The position numbers and the translations under genes were made by a program. 59,270 bases of DNA from Perkinsela sp. CCAP 1560/9 (lineage: Eukaryota > Protista > Euglenozoa: Kinetoplastea). The stretch is from NCBI GenBank assembly GCA_965644495.1, contig CBFFSA010000047.1, positions 1 through 59,270 of the forward strand. Reading direction: 5' to 3'. Below the pieces are notes generated by a model. It did no database searches and was not told where the DNA came from. It saw only the letters and a program-made list of their open reading frames with translations. Positions 23,378 through 34,385 of this stretch are shown here, one piece after another (positions within the stretch are counted from its first letter, which is position 1; the number at the start of each line of letters is the position of its first letter).

Positions 23378-24104
23378 TAATCGAAAAAAAAGTTTCTGAT
23401 GATCGCTTACTTAGTAATGCAGAAAATGCCGATCAGTAAGAACTAATACGTGATTTAAACTTTGTAGATTAGTACCCAGAATGTCCGCCGTCATTTTCTA
23501 ATTCGGAGTCTTTTGTGTTTAGGGTTTGTAGGTCTTGTTTTCATAGTTTCACAAAAGGGAAAAATGTACGTGAGGGATACAAATTTGCTAAACATCATGT
23601 TTTATATTCCATGAGAGCTCTAAGGAGCCATTAAGAAAGAAATGCAGCAAGGCTATTAGCTATAAGGACGAGATTCATCAAACGCGATTAAAACGAGAAA
23701 AAATGCAAAGGACATAATTTCATAAAACATAAAAAAATGCAAAAAAATGGGTGCGCTCCAGAAAAATGGTATCAAAAAACCATGTTTTTTGGACCTAGGG
23801 GGTCCCAGGGGGTCCCTATGAAAAAAAGGCGGCAAAGGCCTTCGCCAGGAAAACCTTCCCGACCCGTCTCCGAAACACACAACTCGCAGACAATTCAACA
23901 TCCCTTTTTGTTCTCCAAAATCAGAAAACCCTTCCTTTTAAGTAGTTCCGGAAGCATTCTCCAGTCGCTTCCGGTCCCCTAGAAAAAAGGTCGGGGTGTG
24001 TCCATTAGCTCAAACAATTTGGCACAGGATTGCAGGGGCGGGTTACATGGGTTCTAATGTCCCAGCCTTTATGGATGCTATCTTTAGCGTCCATAAAGTC
24101 TTTT

Positions 24105-26798
24105 GCGAGCGAACGCGGGCACAAATTAAGGAATGTCGCAAAGCGATCAAGCTGAGGGAGGAGGAAGCTACAATGCAACGCAGAGAACTAGGTGAAAGAT
24201 GGGCCGCACAGAGATTCTCTAGAAACTCGTGGACCGCGGCATCCGAAACGATTGATAAGCCTAACGGAAGAGAGGTAGAAAACACCGCATTTCCCAGCTG
24301 TGACAGATCTAGCATTGAATCATACTTTCAAGAAAGTTTTAACCCCAATGAGCAATCCTCGCGTCTCCCTCCTTCAGATCTACTAGGTCCGACAGCTAGC
24401 CAGCCAATGCAATGGAACCCGATCTCCCGTGAGGATGTCACTGCAGCTGTCACAATGAAGCGCAACGCCAGTTCTCCAGGAACCGACACGATAACTAACA
24501 AAATACTCAAAAACTGCCCATCGACACGCGAATACTTTGCATCTGTGTTCAACGATCTAATGACTTTCTCTGTGTGCCCGCTATCATGGAAAACCGCAGT
24601 AACCAGGCTGATATATAAAGCAGGTAGCAAAGAAAATCCGAAAAACTGGCGCCCGATCTCCCTTACTAGTGCTCTAGGTAAAACCTTTCACACGATCATC
24701 GCACATCGACTGACTCAACACCTGACTGAACACCATGTCATTGACCCTCAAATACAAAAAGGCTTTCTCCCTTCCATTAACGGTACACTGGAACACACCC
24801 AAACTCTTTGCTCACTCCTGCGACATTACCAGAAACACAAAACTCAATATTGCCTCGCACAACTCGACCTGAGCAATGCCTTCGGGTCTGTCCCACATCA
24901 TATCATACATGCCGCTCTGAAATGGGCCCAAGTACCGCCGGAGGTCATCCACTACATCAAAAATACCCTAACGGATGCGCACATGCGCATTAAGTGCTAC
25001 GAAGGTCTTACGCAACCTATCTCTATACGAAAAGGTGTCCTCCAAGGGGATACCCTCTCTCCTATTGTCTTCCTGATAGTGATGGAAATTGTTTTGCGAT
25101 ATGTCCGATTCTCCTGCCCGCACTTCGGTATGAAACTCCCAAACGGTCTGAACAACTTCCTTAAGGCTTTTGCTGATGACTTAACTATTCTTACTGAAAG
25201 CGACGGAGACATGCAACACGCACTTGATGCAGTTACCAAAGTGCTGGGCGAGCTAAGCCTTAAGATTAACGTGAACAAGAGTCGAATACAGTGCATGAGC
25301 ACCCGTAAAGGCGAGGAACATCCAGGCTATATGACAAGACGTCCGGAAATAAAAGTCTACGGAGAGACCATACCACACATATGTGATGTCGGTAGCACCT
25401 TCCTCGGGATGACCTTGGCACCGGGGTCCCAACAACTGAAAGAGCTGTTTCGTAAACTCGACTCAAAACTAAAACAGTGGATGGAGAACATCACACAAAG
25501 TGCCCACAGCCTTCCCGCTAAGCTTTTGATGTACAAAAATGCCGTTCTCTCACGTCTCCGTTTTCAGTTCGTTATTCACCCGTCGTTAATTTCACCCATC
25601 GTTATTCGGATCCGTGCTACGCCTTCAGAAGCGAGCCACGTCTCACATACGGAAATGGATAAACATGGCGCGTGCCGGAAGCTCTGAAGTCCTGTACTCT
25701 TGCCGAGGCTGGAACCTTACGAGTCTGTCAAAACTTTGGTACGAATGCACGGGAGAATCTATGACGCAAATGAACAAATCCAAAGATCCAAATGTCCTAC
25801 ATACACTTCGCATACGCATACAGGAAGAGCAACACAAACGTCAAAGAGGTCAAATACGACCCGCTACTTTAATTACAGAACATCTGGATGATCCCCGAAT
25901 GACTCGTCAACGGCTTCGTGAAGCACATGAGGAGGAAATAATCACGCGCTTGCAGCAACGCGCGCCCATCGCAGCCCTATGGTGGCAGTTTCCTACGGAT
26001 CCAGAAATGGCCCAAGAATTCGCTTCTGCCATAAATGGGATCCGGAATGCGAAGATCTCCCGCTTTGTAGCATCCGTCATGACTCTTACACCGCTCCCTT
26101 CCCGAGCAGCGCTTGTTCAATGGGGCCGCAGCACCTACAGTAACATGAAATGCCCTATTTGCAACGACCGAGTGCAAACCGTCAGACACACCCTTTCCGC
26201 CTGCACCACTTCACTTCAGCAAGGACGATATACTTTCCGTCATAACCTTGTCCTTGCCGAATTTGCGAAACATATTAGGGAAGCACAGGGAACTGAGTTT
26301 TCATATTTCGACCTACCAGGAGAGCGTAACCCACCAGCTTGGCTGAGGGAACACGATACACTGCTCCGTCCCGACGGTTACATTAAACTTCACAATGGGA
26401 CAGAGTTCCTCATCGAACTCACAGTCCCATGGGAGGAGAATGCGGAGAACGCTCATCGGAGAAAATCCGAGAAGTACAACATCCTTTTACATACACGGCG
26501 ACAGGAAAACCCGGACACCTACATAATAGCCTTTGAAATAGGTGCCCGGGGATTCCCCAATGGGTCATGCAAATATATTAATGCCATCTTTAACGGCGAC
26601 CATATTTTGGCCACAAAGTGTCGAGAAAGCATGACACAGATGGCCCTCAGGGGGAGTTACATACTCTGGGCTCGCCGAAATGAGGCGACATGGTCGGAGG
26701 AGGAAACGTATTGACATTGTCTTCTAAAAAGGGGGCAATCCCGTTGAATGCGGGTCATACCCCCGACTTACTCTACTGGAAAGTATGAAAAATAAAAA
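24105..26798 (+). mobile_element. Non-LTR retrotransposon (RT plus restriction-like endonuclease, HERO/NeSL-like), 5'-truncated copy
   Basis: RT: SPGTD, WRPISL, QKGF, DLSNAFGSVPH, GVLQGDTLSP, AFADD; CCHC CPIC..H..SAC, RYTFRHN, RPDG..IELTVPWE..KY; A-rich tail; near-identical to 34386-37090. Confidence 0.95.
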
Positions 26799-26925
26799 TC
26801 TATTTACAGCTATTTCTACTTTGGGACCCTGCACTTTGTGACATGTTTTGGCATTTGTACGACGACTGTTTCACTCCTTTCGTAACGAACCTGCAACAGG
26901 CATCTCCATTTATTTTAAATACATT

Positions 26926-27510
26926 TCAAGACTCCTTTTGAACCCATAATGCAGGAATCTTCCACCATGCTTTAGTTGGAAAAATACTGCGAGCTATTGT
27001 TCCATTAAGCCCAGGATTCCCCAGTATAGCGAGTGTAGCAGTGGGCTTTGCAAGACTCGAGTGCACCAGACAGGAAAGATCCACAAATCCTGTGAATCGA
27101 CAATTCGATACATTTAATATATTAATGTTGGGGGGTAGATGGGTCAAGTCCAGCTCCCCTGTAAATAAATTGTTTTGAACCCACAAGTTCAGCAAAAGTT
27201 CAGGCAGGGCTGAGAAGTCAACATCGCCACCCAACTGATTCGTCATCACCCGGGCTCGTTGTATCGTACGCGGTAAATACAGCCAATGTAATGATCCTTT
27301 CAGCGCACGTGAATACCAGCTTACTTCGCTTATACTTTTAGATTCGTCACATTCCACACCGTTCCACTCGCAGGCAGGCGTATGCGTATCCCACGAGGGG
27401 TGCGGGTTCCTAACATCACGGACAAATTTAGCAAGTTCGTATTCTTGCGGCAGAGCAACGCCCTTTACCTTACCTGCGCGTGTCGCTGAGGATGTAGCAT
27501 CGGCTGCCAT
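26926..27510 (-). CDS. LRR-family protein (~194 aa)
   Basis: Same cap and LRR motifs as 22505 and 39991. Confidence 0.88.
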   Translation of the reverse strand: MAADATSSATRAGKVKGVALPQEYELAKFVRDVRNPHPSWDTHTPACEWNGVECDESKSISEVSWYSRALKGSLHWLYLPRTIQRARVMTNQLGGDVDFSALPELLLNLWVQNNLFTGELDLTHLPPNINILNVSNCRFTGFVDLSCLVHSSLAKPTATLAILGNPGLNGTIARSIFPTKAWWKIPALWVQKES

Positions 27511-28671
27511 AATAGGAGCGAAGAACGTGTCATAATATTCTCGGGAGTGAACTCGGATGAATCAAGACTAGTTCTAGAACAAAAAACATTGCAATCGAAA
27601 TTCTCTCAATCGTTTTCCGTACATTGTGCTGCCCCGCACATAAATAAACTTATAAATGACTATGCAGTTTATCATACCCCCCGGTATTCTGCGAAAGTAC
27701 GGATACCTTATGTTAAATAGCACTATGTAATTGCTGATTAAGTTGATTTGATGATCATGCGCTCGTTGGCACAGATATAATTCCCCTATTGCGATGGCCG
27801 ATATCACCACGAAGGTCCACTCGGGCCCTACATTGGGTCCACTGTAAACCCTGTTCTGGGTTAATGTGCCTATAGCTAATTATTGTGCCGGGGGGCACAA
27901 TAAGTGGGAAGGACCGCTATTATTATGCCCCCCGCAAGTAAAAAGGGGTCTTAAGACAATTTTCGCGACTGCTGCAGACCAGGCATTGCGGTAGTCGAAA
28001 AATCTAAACCAAAAAATTCATCACGTTGGCTTGGCATTGACATTTCATAAGTATTTTCGGCCTCTATAACAAAAAGGTACTGCGAAGCGGCGCCATTTTT
28101 TGGGGGGGGGCTTTTTCACGAAGGCTAATTAAAGGGCTGAAACCAGTAAAATGCAAACCCAGGTAAATACAGTCAGGTCCCAAGAGAAACCAATGGCAAA
28201 GGTATCTGGCGTTTTTTCGGTTATGGAGTTCGCTGGAGGATCCGGGTAGGGGGTCTAGGAGGCTACAGTGGGATATATGGAAGGTATTGGGGGTGACTAT
28301 AGCCACGTATTTTGCCTATAGCTGGTTATTGTGCCGGGGGGGGGCACAATTACTCGGAACAGGGTTATTTTGTAATTAATGAGCAGATGTGGGTGAGGCC
28401 AAAACGAGATCACGCGAGATCACATGAGATCGCGCTAGCCCCTCAAATGAAACAGTTTGTTTTCGCAAATCGAAGAAAAGAACCGAATTAGAAGTTTTAA
28501 CTAGAAGACCTTTCTGTTGGAGAGGGGTTACGTTCTAAACATCGAAATGTAAAAGGGGTTCTGACAAGACACATGCATGTACGATCGAGGGGTCACCGCA
28601 ACTACTTTGTCTCTTGCAAAAGGATTGATAAATACTTAAAGTACGTTACTTGTAGAAACTCTGAGAGAATG

Positions 28672-29391
28672 TTACTCTACAACAACAAGATTCGTGTTCG
28701 AAACAATCTTAAGTATATTTTTTTTTAACTCTGGATGAAGTTTACTCACTGCTATTGTACCTTCGAGAAGGGTATTGTTCTCTAATGATAAACTCTCAAG
28801 GTTTTCGGGAAAAAATGAGAAATCAACGAATCCTTCAAAAGTATTGTCAGCCAAGTATAAAGCTTCCAGAGTGCGAGGAAGTGCCCCGAAATTAAGTTTT
28901 TCTGTCAATAAATTATCACTGATGTCCAAATACCACAAATCAGCAGGTAATTGTGTAAGGCATACATCACCATACAATTTATTTCTCTCCAGCCATGCGG
29001 CATTCAAACATTGCGGGAGCTCTGTGAGATCCGGATTTCCTGTGAACGTATTTCTCCCCAGAAAAAAATCTGTCAACTCTTCTAATCGAGAAAAATCGCT
29101 GAGTCCTATTTCACCACCGACAGAGTTGTATTCAATGTCAAAACTGGAAACGGATCTTGGAATATACTGAAATTTCATGAATCCTGTTAACTTTTTACCA
29201 CTCCAGCGTACCTCTTTAATTAGTTTATCTGCATCGCACGCTATGCCTTCCCATTCACAAGCCGAGCGGTCTGCGGTCCAACTCGCTGCTCGGTTATGTA
29301 AACCACTAGTGAGTCTCTCAAGATCGAATTCTTGTGGCACATTCACTGCACGAACCTTTGACGGACATGTTGAACGTTGAGGGTGATCCAT
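28672..29391 (-). CDS. LRR-family protein (239 aa)
   Basis: VPQEFDLERL..SACEWEGIAC cap plus LRRs. Confidence 0.92.
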   Translation of the reverse strand: MDHPQRSTCPSKVRAVNVPQEFDLERLTSGLHNRAASWTADRSACEWEGIACDADKLIKEVRWSGKKLTGFMKFQYIPRSVSSFDIEYNSVGGEIGLSDFSRLEELTDFFLGRNTFTGNPDLTELPQCLNAAWLERNKLYGDVCLTQLPADLWYLDISDNLLTEKLNFGALPRTLEALYLADNTFEGFVDFSFFPENLESLSLENNTLLEGTIAVSKLHPELKKNILKIVSNTNLVVVE

Positions 29392-29690
29392 TTTGCGGGA
29401 GAAGGTTCAGATATTCGGTAGGTAAAATAGACAATAGAATATAAACTTATATTGCTCTTTTGGTAATCAACATGCATGTAGCAGTGTTTGGAAGTTCGTC
29501 CCAATGCAATGCATCTCCAACCGGTAAAACCATTTGAAAAAATAATGAGTATCGTATACCATATACCAAGAGTCAAGTGTACCATATACCAGTGTAAAGT
29601 ACAGGTTAAGGCGAACCTAAACATTTACTTACTCTTTCGGTTCGCTCATCTCGCCTGGTCGGCTTTGTACACAAATGGGATACTGCACCG

Positions 29691-31784
29691 CTACCCGTTG
29701 GCACGTCCCCACGTAGAGCAGCGAATGTACCTTGCCTGCACGCCCTCCTCCGTTTCCCCGTCGTCGTACTCTACGCGATATCGAATGTGTTGAGGCGACA
29801 CCGATCGGTTCGGTTTCACAGGCGACAGCGCTATAATTTTTGCCCGACACCACAGTGTGCCTTGTTGCCACCGCACCTCCACGGTATCCCCCACATTATA
29901 TGGGGCTGCTTTTTGTGTGTTTTCAAATCCAATCGGGTTGGAAGGGGTTTCGAGGCTCAGCCTTGTTGTCGAAGCCATAAAGGTCTCGGATTTGGATGAC
30001 TCGGAAAGTCCAGATACGCCGGTAAAGGGTAACAGGGTAGTGCTGGAGATATTCGAATCGGGTTTCACATCCGTCCGTTTTCGTATACGCGTCGTTTCGG
30101 GGGAGTACACCTCCCTTCTCCTGTCACTGTCTTTGTTGGTAAAATTTGCTATCTTGGGCTCCGGCATGTCAGGAGCAGAGTGTGCAGTGACGTTCGGAGA
30201 GTGGGGATACTCGTTTTGATTTTTCGTCTTTCTGCATTCAGGCTCCTTGACGCAGCCATAATCCATATCCAAACAAAAGCGCGTGCCCTCCTCGAGATAA
30301 TGTCGTGGATTCAGCACAATGAGCACCACCGAAATGTCATCATGGAAGTGACGACGTTTCCCACATGGGATGGAGAGTAGATCGGGAAGACTCATGGCGT
30401 GAGCCGAGGCCACTTTGGTGCGCAGTGCGTGTCGGATTAAGTCCGCGGGCACGGCGCTGCACCACTCACTGGCATCCGCAGCCTCGGGTCGTGCAAAAAC
30501 CCGGAAAGGGCTGGATGCGGTCGAAGAGTCACGATGATGTACAAAGGAGGGAAACTGAGACTCGGCTGGGGTGTGTTTGTGAGTTGAAGGCAATTCTTTT
30601 GACTCCGAGGACGCCTTAATTTGTTCGTCTCTCCACACAACGCTTTTGGAGTGATTCTCCAAGTCTCGGTCCGGCAGGCATTCATCGGTAAATCGTTGAG
30701 CGGCTCTCCTTAACAGCCCGTCCGTGAGATACACAATCTCCTCATTTGTGAGTAAATTATGTAACCCATCGGACATCAAAACTACAAAAAGATCACTAAC
30801 GGAGACCAGACGAGAAGTAATCTCCGGGCTGGCATGGATATAAGGGATATAATCAGAATACGGCGTCATGGAGAGATTTTTATGTTTTAAATAACCGTCC
30901 CCGAGACTCCGGGTGACCATTAAGCTCCCCGCAACCCGCAAAGGGGCGCCTGGGACTTTCAAATGGAAAGGAGTACGGCGTAGGGGGGTGGGATCCGAGG
31001 TGCGGGCTTGAAGATCGGAAACCTCGGATTCGTTCTCAACATCGTGGTCCCGGGTCAGGGGAATGGCCTCGAGTATGGAGATGTATCCGTTCTGTGAGAT
31101 AGAACAGCTGCGCGTGCTCGAAATCCTGGACACGGGTGGCTCCATAGCAGAAAACGAAAATGGCTTTGATTTTTTTGACGCGGGTGAAATGATCCGGATT
31201 TTTTCTTCCTCCGCGAATTGCAAGGATGCGGATTGAGACGCCCTTTTTTCCTTTGAATTTTTACAGAACTGTGCTTCGTTATTTTCCAAATTAGCGTTTC
31301 CATACTCCCGAACAATACGCATCCTACTTCCTGACCTTCCTTTAGAAATTTTCATTTCCTTCGACATTTTCTCATTTTTTTCTGTTTCTTCTTCTCGCGT
31401 AATGCGACGGCGACACAACACAGCTCGACAGTCCCCGACATGGGCTGTCGTAATCCGCTCTTTTCCCAACACCAACGTCAGAGCACACGCCCCGGATGTC
31501 TTCTTCCGTACCCCCTCCGTAGCCAGAAATTCCCTGTCCATGTTCTCGTAGCTCGCGCGTAACGCTGCCTCGATGGAGCTCGCGTTTGTATTGTGGATTT
31601 GAGAAAAATAAGTATCCGCAATTTCGGGAAATTCTGCAGCACAATAGGAGGAGCATACCGGCCCTCCGTGGCCATCAAACAAGGAGAACAAGGCAAGGCT
31701 TTGGTTGCGAACATAGCCGAAGCAAGCGCGGTCCTCGTTGTGGGTGTTGGCTGCGACGGTCGCGAAAGAAACAGGGCGCGTCAT
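29691..31784 (-). CDS. PP2C/PPM protein phosphatase with C-terminal Tudor/Agenet-like domain
   Basis: NEDR, FDGHGG, HVGDCRAVL, TRSLGD, SDGL, HDDISV; C-terminal VGDTVEVRW...W..AKI...YRVEYDDGETE. Confidence 0.93.
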   Translation of the reverse strand: MTRPVSFATVAANTHNEDRACFGYVRNQSLALFSLFDGHGGPVCSSYCAAEFPEIADTYFSQIHNTNASSIEAALRASYENMDREFLATEGVRKKTSGACALTLVLGKERITTAHVGDCRAVLCRRRITREEETEKNEKMSKEMKISKGRSGSRMRIVREYGNANLENNEAQFCKNSKEKRASQSASLQFAEEEKIRIISPASKKSKPFSFSAMEPPVSRISSTRSCSISQNGYISILEAIPLTRDHDVENESEVSDLQARTSDPTPLRRTPFHLKVPGAPLRVAGSLMVTRSLGDGYLKHKNLSMTPYSDYIPYIHASPEITSRLVSVSDLFVVLMSDGLHNLLTNEEIVYLTDGLLRRAAQRFTDECLPDRDLENHSKSVVWRDEQIKASSESKELPSTHKHTPAESQFPSFVHHRDSSTASSPFRVFARPEAADASEWCSAVPADLIRHALRTKVASAHAMSLPDLLSIPCGKRRHFHDDISVVLIVLNPRHYLEEGTRFCLDMDYGCVKEPECRKTKNQNEYPHSPNVTAHSAPDMPEPKIANFTNKDSDRRREVYSPETTRIRKRTDVKPDSNISSTTLLPFTGVSGLSESSKSETFMASTTRLSLETPSNPIGFENTQKAAPYNVGDTVEVRWQQGTLWCRAKIIALSPVKPNRSVSPQHIRYRVEYDDGETEEGVQARYIRCSTWGRANG

Positions 31785-32011
31785 ATAAAATCGTACAAAG
31801 TATACCGCAAGGTGATATAAATGGTAAGTCGGAGTTGTGAGTTAGAACTAATTCTTCTTAAACCACCGGTGTGAACTGTAGTTAAGGTTGGTGAAAGAAA
31901 ATGATAATATAATAATAATAATAATGATAATATAATAATAAAGTTTACTTTCTGCAATATTACACATATAACTATGAACAAAAACTAGAAAGATATAGAA
32001 AATTTATTGCT

Positions 32012-32345
32012 TTAGTCTTCCACGGTTATCAGCGTGTTCACCCAACTTTTCTGTCCAGTGCAGCAGTGTTTCTGTCCCTCTAATAGCCAACGGTAGCCCT
32101 GTAAGACGAACCTGTTCATACATTTCTCGATTATCGTCCAACAACAAACCATGCAATCCCCACGGAAGAGCAGCAAAATCGAAAAACCCCGAAAAACGAT
32201 TTTTAGATATACTGTAGATAAGAAGGCTAACGATCGAGGGAGAAGTGATACATCAATTTCCCCAGTAAATAGATTTCCTGTTAAACAAAACGATTCCAGT
32301 CCAGGGGGCAAAACTGTAAAGTCCACTGACCCCGCAAGTCCGCAA
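32012..32345 (-). pseudogene. 5'-truncated LRR pseudogene
   Basis: GSVDFTVLPPGLESFCLTGNLFTGEIDVSLLPRSL. Confidence 0.7.
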
Positions 32346-32477
32346 TAAGCAGCAGAAAAATGAATGATTATTGATGGAAAGTGCTCTCACTTTAGGTTTC
32401 CACCCAGATCGTACAAGGCCCATTGTATTTCATCGATGTTACCAGAGGAGCTTTGCATTGTTTTTATGCCATTCCAC

Positions 32478-32741
32478 TCACATACAGGATCCTAACATTA
32501 TTCGAAATTCTTCATTATCAATAGCATTCTTACGTATGTATTTTATACGTTCTAACCCTCCTGTCTCCCGGTGGCGTTTAACCCATCGAGAGACAGTTGC
32601 TTCACTGCATTTCGTAAAAGCAGCACTGTCTGCAATCGAACGCCCCTGGTTTTGTATCTCATGGACGCAAAATACACGTGTTTCATAAGTGATTTGTTGC
32701 GTCCAGAAGGTGCGCCTCTGGCGGCGAAGTGTTTTCGGCAT
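32478..32741 (-). pseudogene. IS630/Tc1-type transposase N-terminal HTH fragment
   Basis: GRSIADSAAFTKCSEATVSRWVKRHRETG is a typical Tc1/IS630 HTH. Confidence 0.7.
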
Positions 32742-33305
32742 AAAATGGGTTAGAAAGAGTTAAATGGTATTTTATTCATAGTTTGATGCGCTAGAATGAC
32801 AAAAAATGATAAAAATCTGATTTTTTGCAGAATTTGTGGTTAAGAATTTCAGTAATTTATTCTCAAGTCGTCATATCTGCTTCAGGGGCGGCAACAATGG
32901 TGCCAGTAGTCTTAAAATTTCGTGATCTGTTGAATGCCGTAGGAATTAGGTCAAAAGCTCGCACGATACAAATTTTAGACCCCCTCCACCTTTTTCGTGA
33001 CCCCCCCTGTATAGTAGCGATGCCGCATTTTATGCATACCCCCTTACTATTCGCAATAAAAAAAGTTAAGAACACGATCCTACGAATATTGAGACGGATA
33101 GGTTCGCGTAATAAATACGTTTCAAGACTCTTCTTGAATCCACGACGGAGGAATGTTCCACCATGCTCGAGTAGGCATGTGACTCGGGCTATTGTTCCAT
33201 TAAGCCCAGGATTCCCTGTTATGTCGAATCCAGCAACAGGCTTTGCAAGATTCGAGTGCACCAGACAGGAAAGATCCACAAATCCGGTGAATTGACAATT
33301 GGATA
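32673..33305. repeat. Left copy of ~700-bp direct duplication flanking the RT element (continues at 34322-34385; right copy 39542-40241)
   Basis: Direct comparison shows only a handful of differences. Confidence 0.92.
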
Positions 33306-33306
33306 G

Positions 33307-33880
33307 TGTTTTATCATGCACTTATAGTGCAGAGATTTACTCACCATGTCCTTATCCCGCATACGACGGGTGGATCATGTGAGGTTTCGTCCTCGCCGGA
33401 GGTGTGCGGGTGCGGAGAGCTGGCGTCCCAGGTGCAGAGAGCTCGGTTGTCATGTGCAGGTGCAGAGAGCCGGATGCGTAATCCCCATATTACAGTTTCG
33501 GGGGCAATCCGGGTGCAGAGAGCTGCGACAGAGCCGAGGTGCGGAGAGCTGGGCGACCGCCAGGTGCAGAGAGCCGAGTCTCGTCGGCGGAGGACACGTC
33601 TAGTGGTCCTCAAGGGAGGCCACCGTGACGCATGGCCCTCTCGGAGAGGAAAAAGACAAGTCGAAAAAAAGCCGAGAGGGGGAAGCACACTCACTCCAGG
33701 GGAGTGAGTCGGGGAGGGGTGAAGTGGTGAAAGCGCGTCCCCTGCTTCAGCGACAAGAGGGACAGTTCCGACCTTAGTGCCGGCCGGCAACGGGCATGAA
33801 AATACAGTAAGAGTATGCCCGTTGCCGGGGAAAGAAAGGATGAACTAAGGAAAAAGTACCAACAAGGTACAGAAACTGTA
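33307..33880 (-). mobile_element. Non-autonomous retroelement monomer A, beginning with a partial SL
   Basis: Near-identical to 2677-3144 and extended 5' to TACAGTTTCTGTACCTTGTTG|GTAC; inserted in LRR coding sequence with loss of ~2 bp and no TSD. Confidence 0.85.
33860..33880 (-). ncRNA. 3' 21 nt of spliced leader followed by GTAC
   Basis: Identical to the SL 3' part at 39505-39525; resembles the kinetoplastid ...ACAGTTTCTGTAC....TTG|GT consensus. Confidence 0.75.
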
Positions 33881-33887
33881 GGTCATG

Positions 33888-34292
33888 ATCATACGCTCGT
33901 GGCGCAGAGATACGTCTCTCTGTGTGACGGCCGATACCATCGGCGCATGACCCGCATACGACGGGTGTCACACAGAGAGTGGAGTGCGAGGTAGGAGACG
34001 AGACGCCCATCGGTCATGCTACAGCACGTATAGCCATGGTTCATGCTGCAACACGGTCAAGCCGTGGGTTCATGCTGTCAGATGGTCTATCGTGGATCAT
34101 GATGCATCATGGGGAGGTCCGTTACCGCCGCACTCGCTACAGCATGTAGGGAGAGAGGGGTGCAAGTTCGCATCCCCTATACACGCATACAACGTGTCCT
34201 CCCGCTGTAGCACGCCCAGTGGTCCTCAAGGGAGGCCACCATGGCGCATAGCTCCCGGGAGAAGAAAGCACGAGAAGGAGAGAGCCGGGCTT
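33888..34292 (-). mobile_element. Non-autonomous retroelement monomer B (diverged relative of A)
   Basis: Shares GGTGGCCTCCCTTGAGGACCACT, CACCCGTCGTATGCGGG and the terminal ATCTCT-hairpin-TGA with monomer A. Confidence 0.75.
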
Positions 34293-34385
34293 TAGCACAG
34301 CCGGGCTTTAGAGAGCCGGGCTTTAACACATCAATGTTGGGAGGTAAATGAGCAAAGTCCAGCTCGCCTGTGAATAAATTGTTTT

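Noticed and set aside
23996-26714. Bacterial retron, DGR or group II intron RT acting on the LRR genes
   Set aside because: CCHC plus PD-(D/E)xK endonuclease, A-rich tail and 5' truncation identify a non-LTR retrotransposon; no adenine-specific TR/VR pair is evident.
32825-33321. 150-160 aa ORFs in the duplicated segment (also 39694-40182)
   Set aside because: They span a transposon end and the antisense of an LRR 3' end, and the frames differ between copies.
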